This document shows positions 1 through 8,284 of a DNA stretch of 64,000 nucleotides, piece after piece; the stretch's first letter is position 1; every line of letters starts with the position of its first letter. Source of the DNA: a virus; IMG/VR virus record IMGVR_UViG_3300035698_022838, positions 32,001 through 96,000 of that record. One strand, given 5' to 3'. The translations under genes and the position numbers were made by a program. The notes beneath the pieces are model-generated. The model had not been told where the DNA came from, made no database searches, and saw only the letters and a list, made by a program, of their open reading frames with translations.

Positions 1-98
1 TTTATATTTTTCTGGGATTCAACCTCATTATAAACAGGAACCTTAGATGATTCATTTATATAGTTAGAAAAATCCTCGAATTCTTTTAAATTATCCAT
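1..98 (-). CDS. 5' part of a gene running off the window; N-terminal capsid-targeting-like peptide
   Basis: ATG at 98 reads MDNLKEFEDFSNYINESSKVPVYNEVESQKNI, open to the window edge. GATATATA motif at 117-124 upstream. Not in the ORF track. Confidence 0.75.
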   Translation of the reverse strand, partial: MDNLKEFEDFSNYINESSKVPVYNEVESQKNI

Positions 99-116
99 AT
101 TGTAATTTATTTTATC

Positions 117-124
117 TATATATC
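117..124 (-). promoter_or_regulatory. GATATATA putative late promoter
   Basis: Recurrent octamer; upstream of ATG at 98. Confidence 0.65.
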
Positions 125-142
125 ATAAACAACATTTAGCTT

Positions 143-1420
143 TTACCTCTTTTTCGTTAGTTTACTAGCGGCCTTCTGTTGTTTGATTGCTTCTGCTTTT
201 TTTGCTGCAGCTTGTTTATAATGAGTATAGTTTTTTGAAAGTCTTTCCCTTTCTCCCTCTTGTATATATTGGAAAAAATCAGCTTTTATAACATCTTGCA
301 TTTTTTCAGCACCAATTTCAGGATTACCAGTTTTAAATGCAGCAATAGAATATTCATCAAGTAATCTCCATTGCCATATTTCAGGTTCAACAAAAAGGAT
401 ATCAGATGTTCCTGGATTTTTAATCGCCATACTAGCATAGGTAAAAGCTAAAACGAATCTATCTTGTTCTCTTAATTTTCTAACTACATGGAAAGCTGCT
501 TCGAGTCTTTCTGGTCTATATTCCCATGCTTTTGAATATGCCATTACAACCTCATCAGGATGTCTTCCCAATTGTTCTTTTAGTCTCCCTATCATATAAA
601 GTGAATAGTAAACCTCTTCTGCCCATCCACCAGCATCAACTCTTCTCTGGTAGTTTTCTATGGACTTTAACTTTTGATTAGAATCTCTGTAACTTTGAGC
701 CAAATAAAACATATATCTACTATTTGTTGGCTCTTTCTCTAATGCATCTTCTAATGTCTTAGCATCATTAGCATATTTTTCCTCAAGACTATTAGCTCTT
801 TTTAGTGGACTGATATTAGCATTAACTAAACAAATATCACCTGGTAGTTGATATTGCTGTATATTAGGCTTACCTGGTAAATCAAGATATTCATGCAAAA
901 CTCCGCAATAAACCCAATCTTGATCAGATCTAATTATCTGTGCTCTGTGATACTGAAGGCTATTTAATCTGTATAATATTTGCAAACAATCTGCATGCTC
1001 TGGTACATAATGAAATGGATTTACGTTTGGATCTTGTACTTCAAAAGTATCATCAGCATCAATAATCCATCGATAATCGCATTTTCCTTTAGATAGTTCT
1101 AAGCTTTCCGTTCTATTTGTCCCAAAATCAACCCAAGGTCTTTCGTGAATTTCACCCTTTAGACCAAGTTCTTCAGTAACTGCCTTTAATTCGTCGAGTG
1201 TATTATCAGTTGACCCGGTGTCAACTATTACATATTCTGAAATATATGGTGCAACTTTAGTTATACATTTTCTGATTGTATCTTCTTCATCCTTGATAAT
1301 CATAACCAAACAAAGACTTATAGCTTGTTTAGTTTTATCGATTTTTGGGGTGTTTGTCGGTCTAGTTTGTTTTTGGAAACTAGTATTTTTCTTTTTCTTA
1401 TTGCTTTTCTTAGAGCCCAT
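143..1420 (-). CDS. Family 2 glycosyltransferase with C-terminal TPR repeats (SunS-like, protein-glycosylating architecture)
   Basis: GT-A motifs LCLVMIIKDEE, VIVDTGSTDNT, DFGTNR, IDADD (DxD) and GVLHEY; TPR-like helices RYMFYLAQSYRD and AWEYRPERLEA. Confidence 0.9.
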   Translation of the reverse strand: MGSKKSNKKKKNTSFQKQTRPTNTPKIDKTKQAISLCLVMIIKDEEDTIRKCITKVAPYISEYVIVDTGSTDNTLDELKAVTEELGLKGEIHERPWVDFGTNRTESLELSKGKCDYRWIIDADDTFEVQDPNVNPFHYVPEHADCLQILYRLNSLQYHRAQIIRSDQDWVYCGVLHEYLDLPGKPNIQQYQLPGDICLVNANISPLKRANSLEEKYANDAKTLEDALEKEPTNSRYMFYLAQSYRDSNQKLKSIENYQRRVDAGGWAEEVYYSLYMIGRLKEQLGRHPDEVVMAYSKAWEYRPERLEAAFHVVRKLREQDRFVLAFTYASMAIKNPGTSDILFVEPEIWQWRLLDEYSIAAFKTGNPEIGAEKMQDVIKADFFQYIQEGERERLSKNYTHYKQAAAKKAEAIKQQKAASKLTKKR

Positions 1421-1480
1421 TACTAATATTGATTAATAAATATTTATACTTATAGAGAAATGATCCGAAAAGATTTCATA

Positions 1481-2164
1481 TTACATTGGGTTAACAGATA
1501 TTATACGTTCAAGTATAATATCACTATTATAAGCGATTGAAAACTCCCCGATAATTTTGATATTTTTACGTTTTAAGGTAGAATATAGCTCGATATTCAG
1601 AAGACCTGATTCGTTACTTAAATATGTTTCATCTATAACTTCATCAGTTTTAGTAACAAACTTAGATCTACTCATATTTTTACCGTTCCAATAAACAAGT
1701 GTTAAACCATCAAGATTTCCATCTAATATTTTAATTACGTGATTATCCCTTAAACATTCTATTTTCATAGTACATTTCCCATCTATATCACTTGTAAATG
1801 ATAACATAGAATAACCTCTACCTTCTAGTAAACCTGAGATTGTATTATTTTGGATTGAAAAAATTGATAGTGAACCAATAAACCTATGCTTTTTGAATTT
1901 AACGTTAAGATCATTAAGTATTTTTTCAGCTATAGTAATTAATATATCTATATTATATTTTTTATTAAAGTAAAAATGTAGGAATGCTTGTGGCTTTTTG
2001 ATAAATTTACACATAGGAGTTTCTAACTTCTCCTCTACTATTCTATCACTTAACAATGAGCTTATTGTGAAAATTTGATTTACTTCAGATTCATTAACCT
2101 TTTCTCTATCTGCAAGCTCAGTTTCAAAATTTAAGATGAAATCATCTAATAAATTCTCTTTCAT
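1481..2164 (-). CDS. Hypothetical protein
   Basis: 227-aa ORF in the minus-strand gene run; no motif recognised. Confidence 0.6.
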   Translation of the reverse strand: MKENLLDDFILNFETELADREKVNESEVNQIFTISSLLSDRIVEEKLETPMCKFIKKPQAFLHFYFNKKYNIDILITIAEKILNDLNVKFKKHRFIGSLSIFSIQNNTISGLLEGRGYSMLSFTSDIDGKCTMKIECLRDNHVIKILDGNLDGLTLVYWNGKNMSRSKFVTKTDEVIDETYLSNESGLLNIELYSTLKRKNIKIIGEFSIAYNSDIILERIISVNPM

Positions 2165-2186
2165 TTTCAGTATACGTTAATTAAAA

Positions 2187-2822
2187 TTAGGCTTTCTTAC
2201 TTGATTTTGATACACCAAGTATTTTAGTAGCTTCTTTATATACATCTCTTATTTTTTGGGATGCATCTAATTTTATTAAGCGTCTACTTTTTTTGTATTT
2301 TTCTATGATTGGTACAGTTTTTTCACGATATTCTTTAAATCTTCTTTCTATAGTTTCTTCGTTCTTATCATCTTCTCTTCCTTCTCTTTCTGCTCGTCCC
2401 ATTATTCTTTTTTTAGCAGTTTCTTCCCCAACCTCTAAATAGATACAATGGTTTAAAGAAACCCCTAACTTACCAAAGATAGAGTCAAGGAGTTTAGTTT
2501 GTTTTACTGTTCTTGGAAATCCATCTATAATTATATTTTTAGAAAAATCTATTTTTCTGAGTCTTTTTCTTAGTAATCTACCTATTGCACGATCAGAAAC
2601 TAATCCTCCACTAGAACTAGTTTTTTTTAATTCTTTATCTTCTGATGATCTTATTAGATCACCTGTAGAAATATGCACAAAACCATTGTTATCTGCAAGC
2701 TTCTCTGAAATAGTACCTTTACCAGAACCCGGAGGTCCTAACATAATTATAATTTTGCCCTGTTTATCCGGAATCTGCATTTCATTAAGAAATGTTGAAA
2801 AATCCACTGCTTTATCTACCAT
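2187..2822 (-). CDS. adk: Adenylate kinase (short-LID type) with N-terminal extension
   Basis: P-loop GPPGSGKGT, HISTGDLIR, GGLVSD, IIDGFPRT, GREDD. About 20 extra N-terminal residues (MVDKAVDFSTFLNE...). Confidence 0.93.
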   Translation of the reverse strand: MVDKAVDFSTFLNEMQIPDKQGKIIIMLGPPGSGKGTISEKLADNNGFVHISTGDLIRSSEDKELKKTSSSGGLVSDRAIGRLLRKRLRKIDFSKNIIIDGFPRTVKQTKLLDSIFGKLGVSLNHCIYLEVGEETAKKRIMGRAEREGREDDKNEETIERRFKEYREKTVPIIEKYKKSRRLIKLDASQKIRDVYKEATKILGVSKSSKKA

Positions 2823-2865
2823 CTATGTTTTAATAATTTTAAGCTTTAAAACTCTTTCGATGGCT

Positions 2866-2873
2866 TATATATC
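2866..2873 (-). promoter_or_regulatory. GATATATA putative late promoter
   Basis: Upstream of adk. Confidence 0.65.
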
Positions 2874-2908
2874 CTTGGTAATAGTAAAAATTAATAATTA
2901 TGTCCGTA

Positions 2909-3268
2909 TTACATCAGGGGTATAAATTGACCACAAGCTACATCCTTTTCAAGCCGTAATATTGGATCGGGGTTATACATACATTTGCCATTTTGATTTT
3001 CTTTGATAACATCACCAGGTCTATGATATCCTCGTTGCCAATAGTCACAATTAGCACAAATTCTTTCAAGTGGTTTAGTGTTACAGTTCTTCGGCCAATG
3101 TAGTTCATCTTTCAACTTATTACCCATATCAGCAGCTTGCTTTGCATGAAACTTACTTTTACCATGTGTAGCAACATGTTGTTTTCCATCATCATCAATA
3201 CCCAATATTACTAAGTGGGTAAAATCAAACTGTTCTCTAATTTCCTTTACATCATTAATTTTTATCAT
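2909..3268 (-). CDS. Hypothetical protein with C-terminal Cys cluster (possible Zn binding)
   Basis: CANCDYW...GKC...VACGQF. Confidence 0.6.
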   Translation of the reverse strand: MIKINDVKEIREQFDFTHLVILGIDDDGKQHVATHGKSKFHAKQAADMGNKLKDELHWPKNCNTKPLERICANCDYWQRGYHRPGDVIKENQNGKCMYNPDPILRLEKDVACGQFIPLM

Positions 3269-3293
3269 TTTAATATTTTTAGAAAATTTGAAA

Positions 3294-3797
3294 TTAATAA
3301 TTACCTCTTACCTGACGCTCGCGATTTTCTTTGTTTTTAGCCGCGTACATATTGGTTATTAATTCTGGGGTTAAACCAATAGCAATAGCTTCATTGAACA
3401 TAAAGTGCATCTTATCAATCCACTCATACTGTAATTCAATAACTTCTTCCTTAGTAAGATCCGAAAAAGATCTATTCATCGCCTCATCATGTTTTGCTTT
3501 CCAGGGTTTCCAGCATCTTGGGTAACTATGAATACCTGTTATAGCATCTTGCAATTCTCTATCCTCATCTCTGATTGCCTCTTCGTTCCAGTCAACAAAA
3601 GCTTTTAATGATCTAATTGATGATCTGATTACATCAAAATCGTACCCATAAATTTGTTCTTGTATACCTTTTTGCATATTGAATAAAAATGCTAAAGCAT
3701 CTTTACCGTTACTTTTTAATTCTAAGTATTCATCATCTACTTTAAGATGCGCACATTGTGTTATTCCACTCATTCCTGTTATATTTTCTTTTTCCAT
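3294..3797 (-). CDS. gp56: T4 gp56-like all-alpha dCTP/dUTP pyrophosphatase
   Basis: CAHL, DE.REL, WKPWK, E.IDKMHF and KNKENRERQ..Y follow the T4 gp56 / dimeric dUTPase pattern. Confidence 0.88.
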   Translation of the reverse strand: MEKENITGMSGITQCAHLKVDDEYLELKSNGKDALAFLFNMQKGIQEQIYGYDFDVIRSSIRSLKAFVDWNEEAIRDEDRELQDAITGIHSYPRCWKPWKAKHDEAMNRSFSDLTKEEVIELQYEWIDKMHFMFNEAIAIGLTPELITNMYAAKNKENRERQVRGNY

Positions 3798-3802
3798 TTT
3801 AT

Positions 3803-5203
3803 TTACATTTTTTCATATTCTCTTTCCATTAGATCTATATCGATTTGCATTTTAAGCATTCGTTTTTTTGTAGCTTTTCTTTGTGCATATAAATCTTTAA
3901 CTATAATCTTTAGGATTGGTTTTTCATTGTCACCGCCAAATACTGCACCAGAACAAGTTTTAATCCAGCCATCCTTAATACTTTCAAAGTTTTTCCCTTT
4001 ATATACTTCTGGTGATATTCCCCATTGAACAATTACATTTGGGTATAGCGAAGCAAAATCATAACAAGCAACCCACTCATGCAGACCTCTTATCGGTTCT
4101 TTAACATATCCACCAGTAAATTTCACATGTGTTTCATCCTTCCGTTCGTTTACAAAAACCTGTTTACGTTCTAAGAATTTTTTAAGCATCATTACTTCTG
4201 TAGACCAAACAGGTGAAAGAGCTCTACTAATTTCCACTGTATTTAGGTTTGCTATTTTGAAGTAAGTTAGCATTGTTTTTAGCTTAACATCTATATAATG
4301 CACCAATGCACAGTCAATAACATTATAAAGAATAAACTTAGGAAAATCTGACTGATAAAGATCTCTTAATGAACCATCATATGATATTTTCTTTAACCCC
4401 GTAGCTTTTTCAGCAACATAATCTAATCTATTACTTTCCTTAATCTTAATTACTCTGTCCCATTTTTTATAAATCTCCAGATAATCGACCATTGTTAAGT
4501 GCATAGGTAAACTATTTTTACCAATTAGATATTTACCAGGGGATACTATTTTAGGATCTATACCTAATTTTCTAGCTCTATTGATAAGATATGGCCAGTC
4601 ATATCCAAACCAATTCCAGCCTGTAATCAAAGCCATTTTAGGAGCAAAATCTTTGAAAAATGTATATAGCATATCATATTCACTTTCAAATTGCTTATAT
4701 TTAAACGTCCACTCATCACCCATAGGTTCCAAGTATTTATTTATTCTCTTGTAGATATCACCTTGTTCTTCTGCTGTTAACGGATCTAGCCCAAACACTA
4801 TAGATTTACATTTATCAGTTGCTACTGCTATCGAGAGTACCTTATTCGGGGTATTTACAGTATCTAATGCATCCTTCATCTCATTGGTCATCTCAACCTC
4901 AATATCAATAAAGTATTTTTTAGGTGTTTGGTATTCCCATAATGGTTTAGTTAGTTCAGGATCTGCCTCGTTTAACATCTGGACCATTCGATATTTATCA
5001 TATCTTTGAGTTGGGACTTTACGAATCGGAAAACCATTCCAAGTTTTCCATTCTGGATCCCTTCTTCGGTCTGATTGTGAACATACTTCCCATATAAATC
5101 TTTCTTCTTCCGGTATTGGGATCTGTATGAATATACGATCTCCTTCTTCAGAAAATGAAGAAACTCTTAAATAAGTTCCTTTGTTTTCAATGTCTGTTAT
5201 CAT
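3803..5203 (-). CDS. gp43: Family B DNA polymerase, N-terminal subunit (exonuclease + motif A) of a split gp43-like enzyme
   Basis: ExoI FIDIE, ExoII GWNWFGYDWPY, ExoIII YNVID, motif A YDFASLYP. Ends after the first fingers helix; no KxxxNSxYG or YGDTDS. Confidence 0.92.
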   Translation of the reverse strand: MITDIENKGTYLRVSSFSEEGDRIFIQIPIPEEERFIWEVCSQSDRRRDPEWKTWNGFPIRKVPTQRYDKYRMVQMLNEADPELTKPLWEYQTPKKYFIDIEVEMTNEMKDALDTVNTPNKVLSIAVATDKCKSIVFGLDPLTAEEQGDIYKRINKYLEPMGDEWTFKYKQFESEYDMLYTFFKDFAPKMALITGWNWFGYDWPYLINRARKLGIDPKIVSPGKYLIGKNSLPMHLTMVDYLEIYKKWDRVIKIKESNRLDYVAEKATGLKKISYDGSLRDLYQSDFPKFILYNVIDCALVHYIDVKLKTMLTYFKIANLNTVEISRALSPVWSTEVMMLKKFLERKQVFVNERKDETHVKFTGGYVKEPIRGLHEWVACYDFASLYPNVIVQWGISPEVYKGKNFESIKDGWIKTCSGAVFGGDNEKPILKIIVKDLYAQRKATKKRMLKMQIDIDLMEREYEKM

Positions 5204-5220
5204 CTATTATTTTTTAATTG

Positions 5221-5245
5221 AATCCGATTCTGGGTTATTCGGATT
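5221..5245 (-). promoter_or_regulatory. Leader hairpin of the DNA polymerase mRNA (putative translational operator)
   Basis: AATCCGA-ATAACCCAGAA-TCGGATT, a 7-bp stem ending 17 nt before the pol ATG. Confidence 0.5.
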
Positions 5246-5253
5246 GATATATA
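5246..5253 (+). promoter_or_regulatory. GATATATA putative late promoter
   Basis: On the + strand, upstream of the + strand gene at 5259. Confidence 0.6.
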
Positions 5254-5282
5254 AGTATATGAATGAAAAGATCAAAAGTTTC
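5254..5282 (-). promoter_or_regulatory. Putative early/middle promoter GAAAC-N18-TATACT for the DNA polymerase gene
   Basis: The same bipartite pattern recurs upstream of the Hc1, gp32, GT2 and endonuclease genes. Confidence 0.45.
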
Positions 5283-5582
5283 GAGAATTTTCTCCTTGAG
5301 TTCTACACATCAGATGCTCCGGGGAGTGTAGTAGTACCAGGAAATTGGTATAAAGATACCGTTAACTCACGTAATTATAAGCCTGCACATAGTCAAACAC
5401 CACAGGTAGTAGATGCAATGTATCAAACAACAGATTTATATAATTATCTTGATACTTTAGAAGAAGAAGAAGAATTTAATAATATATTAAAAGACGGAAA
5501 AAAAGGACCGAAGGAATTAATCAAATATTTAAAGCAAAGAATACACGACGAACTTTCTCCAACAGCAAAGACATCAAAATAA
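5259..5582 (+). CDS. Hypothetical protein with capsid-targeting-like N-terminus (start revised from 5181)
   Basis: ATG at 5259 gives MNEKIKSFENFLLE; GATATATA at 5246-5253 just upstream. The longer start would overlap the pol gene. Confidence 0.75.
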   Translation: MNEKIKSFENFLLEFYTSDAPGSVVVPGNWYKDTVNSRNYKPAHSQTPQVVDAMYQTTDLYNYLDTLEEEEEFNNILKDGKKGPKELIKYLKQRIHDELSPTAKTSK

Positions 5583-5594
5583 AGACAATTTACA

Positions 5595-6425
5595 TTGAAA
5601 ATCAACAAAGTCCCTTTAATAAAGGAATCTTACTACGCGGAAGCGCACCCAAAAGATTCCATATTCTTACACCATACCCAAGGCCATAATAGACCCGATT
5701 GGGTAATAAAATCATGGGGAAGAGAAAGAGCAACATCAACAAACAAGATAAGATCCGGAGTTTCCTATGTAATAGGGGGCACTGATATTCTTACGTTAGA
5801 TGAAAACTATGATGGAATAATAGCAGAAGCATTTAAGCCCAATTTCTGGTCACACCACCTTTACATTAAAGCAAAAAGTAATACATTCTTAAACCAAAAA
5901 AGTATTGGTATTGAGATTTGTAATTATGGAGATCTGATTAATACGTTAGATGGTGAATTTTACACATCAACAAATATACCAATCGATCCAAAATATGTGA
6001 TAGAATTAAATGAACCATTTAGAGGTTCTAAATATTTCCACTCATATACAGAAAGTCAAATAGAATCATTAAGGTTACTATTATTGAAATTAGCTAAAGA
6101 GTTTGAGATAGATTTAGCTAAAGGATTAAAAAGGGAATTGAATAAAACGATTAAAGAAATGCCTAAATTCCATACTGTATTCGAAGGTAAAAAATGGTTA
6201 AACCATAACGGATTTACTGATAACAGAGGTAAAAGACTACATGAGAACAACAGGGAGGATTCTAATTATACACAGGCAGCAGCATCTGTTGGTAAAAGTG
6301 CATTCGATTTAGCACCAAATGCATTAAAAGGCTACCCAGGCCTCTGGTCACATACTAATGTAAGAATAGATAAAAAAGGTATTTATCCACACCCATTAAT
6401 TATAGAACTTATTAACTCTTTTTAA
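5595..6425 (+). CDS. N-acetylmuramoyl-L-alanine amidase (Amidase_2-like)
   Basis: IFLHHT, SIGIEICNYG, YT..QIESL..LL, LWSHTNVR.DK...P. Confidence 0.8.
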   Translation: MKINKVPLIKESYYAEAHPKDSIFLHHTQGHNRPDWVIKSWGRERATSTNKIRSGVSYVIGGTDILTLDENYDGIIAEAFKPNFWSHHLYIKAKSNTFLNQKSIGIEICNYGDLINTLDGEFYTSTNIPIDPKYVIELNEPFRGSKYFHSYTESQIESLRLLLLKLAKEFEIDLAKGLKRELNKTIKEMPKFHTVFEGKKWLNHNGFTDNRGKRLHENNREDSNYTQAAASVGKSAFDLAPNALKGYPGLWSHTNVRIDKKGIYPHPLIIELINSF

Positions 6426-6634
6426 TCTGAGTTAAACCTATTCTTATATTTTTTTACTGTTTTATCAAACAATTCAGAGGTTTTTGTTCGATCTTTATCT
6501 AAGATAATAGATAATTTTCGTATACATTCTTCCTTTTTTAGAACTCCTCTATATTCAGGATCTTTAGATCTCATATCCAATTCAGATGCAAATTCTTTTG
6601 CGACCCTATGTAGCATTTCTTCGTTTCTATCCAT
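6422..6634 (-). CDS. Small hypothetical protein
   Basis: 70-aa ORF converging on the amidase with a shared TTAA stop. Confidence 0.55.
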   Translation of the reverse strand: MDRNEEMLHRVAKEFASELDMRSKDPEYRGVLKKEECIRKLSIILDKDRTKTSELFDKTVKKYKNRFNSD

Positions 6635-6668
6635 AAAAAAGCTCGATTTAATTATTTAAGTCGAGCTT
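6635..6668 (-). terminator. Intrinsic terminator downstream of hsp20
   Basis: Minus strand AAGCTCGACTTAA-ATAA-TTAAATCGAGC-TTTTTT. Confidence 0.8.
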
Positions 6669-6699
6669 CTTAGTGTAATGAGGTTATATTATTTCACCA

Positions 6700-7050
6700 T
6701 TACTTGATCTTTATTTTCTTAGATTGTGATTCCGGTCTTCGTTCGAATGTTACCTTAAGAATACCATTCTCAATTGTTGCATCAACCTTACTAGGATCTA
6801 ATGAATTTGGCATTCTAAACTTCTTAGTGAAATCTTCAGTCCATCTTGAGTCTTCATTCGCACCATCAATGATTAGAACTCCATCTATAGTCTCGATTGT
6901 TATGTCCTCTTTGGTAAATCCAGGAACTGGCATTTCCAATGTTGTTTTGTCGTCTAACTCCTCAACATGATAATCTTTATTATAGATTACTGAAAGATTG
7001 TTTTCGAGTATGCGATCTAGCATAGTTAATGTATTGTTAATTCTATTCAT
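6700..7050 (-). CDS. Small heat-shock protein (Hsp20/alpha-crystallin family)
   Basis: VPGFTKEDI, F.KKF..P..LD...V.ATIENGIL, C-terminal I-x-I (KKIKIK). Confidence 0.92.
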   Translation of the reverse strand: MNRINNTLTMLDRILENNLSVIYNKDYHVEELDDKTTLEMPVPGFTKEDITIETIDGVLIIDGANEDSRWTEDFTKKFRMPNSLDPSKVDATIENGILKVTFERRPESQSKKIKIK

Positions 7051-7083
7051 AATATAAATTTATTTATAATTTATATTAATAAT

Positions 7084-7099
7084 TGCAATAAATGTTCCA
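7084..7099 (-). promoter_or_regulatory. Sigma-54 (RpoN)-type -24/-12 promoter of hsp20
   Basis: TGGAACATTTATTGCA has exact GG-N10-GC spacing against the consensus TGGCAC-N5-TTGCA; 33 nt before the ATG. Confidence 0.6.
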
Positions 7100-7107
7100 T
7101 AAATAAA

Positions 7108-7136
7108 AATGCCAATATGTAAGACATATTGGCATT
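7108..7136. repeat. Perfect 13-bp inverted repeat (terminator and/or activator sites)
   Basis: AATGCCAATATGT-AAG-ACATATTGGCATT, followed by a T-rich tract on the minus strand. Confidence 0.8.
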
Positions 7137-7162
7137 AATTATATATTTATATGACAAAATGT

Positions 7163-7645
7163 CTACTTTCCTTGTAAATTCTTCATAGCAGATAAGAAAT
7201 CTAAGTAGGTTTTAACTTTTCTTACTTTTTTCTTTTTCTTACCTTTCTTTTTAGCTGCTGGGGTTCCAGCAGTTAATGATGGAAACTTATCACCAGATCC
7301 GGTTTTACTTGAATTATGGAAATCTGTATTGGTTCCATTTCCGGTTGGTGTTGATACTGGACCCATTCCTGGTGTAGTACTTAAAGATGCATGCGCACCG
7401 CCTCCATCCATTCCTCCATCCATTTCCATTAAATAATAATCTTCGTGCCCGCATTCGTACATAGCTTCATCCATTTGCCATTGCTCCACACAATAATCAT
7501 TCTTATCTAACCATTCCTTAAGAGATCTTTCAATCTCATTAGGTGTTTCTATTGATTCTAATACTGGTTTATCATTTTCACAACAAAGACAAACTACTGT
7601 TCTTCCTTTTGTTGTTTCTCCGGTTGGGTAATATAAATTTTCCAT
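7163..7645 (-). CDS. Hypothetical low-complexity protein, probable head-internal protein
   Basis: Gly/Thr-rich linker, Lys tract and C-terminal KVKTYLDFL. Confidence 0.7.
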   Translation of the reverse strand: MENLYYPTGETTKGRTVVCLCCENDKPVLESIETPNEIERSLKEWLDKNDYCVEQWQMDEAMYECGHEDYYLMEMDGGMDGGGAHASLSTTPGMGPVSTPTGNGTNTDFHNSSKTGSGDKFPSLTAGTPAAKKKGKKKKKVRKVKTYLDFLSAMKNLQGK

Positions 7646-7646
7646 T

Positions 7647-7871
7647 TTAATCTAATACTTTTATTACGTTTTTAGCAAATATTCTAACAACTTTTCCATC
7701 TCGATCTTTTGCTATATATCCTATAATATCTTTATATACATCATATATAGGTGCATTTATCAAAAGTATATTATTATTTATATCTAAAACGTTCTTTCCT
7801 GCTAATTTATCAGGCTCTTTTTTATGATCTATTTTGGGTCTATTTGGACCCTTACTGCAGCCACACCCCAT
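7647..7871 (-). CDS. Small hypothetical protein (MGCGC N-terminus)
   Basis: 74-aa ORF tightly packed with its neighbours. Confidence 0.7.
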   Translation of the reverse strand: MGCGCSKGPNRPKIDHKKEPDKLAGKNVLDINNNILLINAPIYDVYKDIIGYIAKDRDGKVVRIFAKNVIKVLD

Positions 7872-7873
7872 AA

Positions 7874-8284
7874 TTATCTATAATCCTCTCTTTTTTCTTT
7901 TCTTACAAGATATTCATATAGATATTTTAAACCTTTAATATATGCTTTGGATGTTCTAAAATGTCCTTTAAAGCTTTTTATAGCATTACCTTGTCCCTCT
8001 GACATCTCAGTATCTTTTTTGGGATTATACCTTTTAACAACTCCTGTTGGGTGTATAGTATAGAAAACGTTACCATATCCCCTTTCTTCTGGTTGCTTCT
8101 TTCTTTCGAATTTTATAGTATTGTTACCTGCTTGTTGATCTGACGTAATATCTTTAAATCCAAGGCCTAAAATATTCTCGTATTCCTGACTTTTCTTAAT
8201 TTTTGCTAAATCAAGATCTCTCCTAGAATCCTCTTTGTATTCTTCCTTAGGATCATATTTATCATATTCTAAAAGGTTATTCAT
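7874..8284 (-). CDS. Hypothetical protein
   Basis: 136 aa, TAATG-coupled to the upstream gene; N-terminus MNNLLEYDKY. Confidence 0.7.
   Translation of the reverse strand: MNNLLEYDKYDPKEEYKEDSRRDLDLAKIKKSQEYENILGLGFKDITSDQQAGNNTIKFERKKQPEERGYGNVFYTIHPTGVVKRYNPKKDTEMSEGQGNAIKSFKGHFRTSKAYIKGLKYLYEYLVRKEKREDYR

Noticed and set aside
5181-5258. Longer N-terminus for the + strand ORF
   Set aside because: It overlaps the pol start and regulatory region; ATG 5259 follows the promoter motif and gives the shared targeting peptide.
7857-7871. MGCGC as a eukaryotic myristoylation/palmitoylation signal implying a giant eukaryotic virus
   Set aside because: The gene set (gp32, gp61, UvsW/Y, gp6/25/53/13, amidase, intrinsic terminators) is that of a bacterial T4-like myophage.
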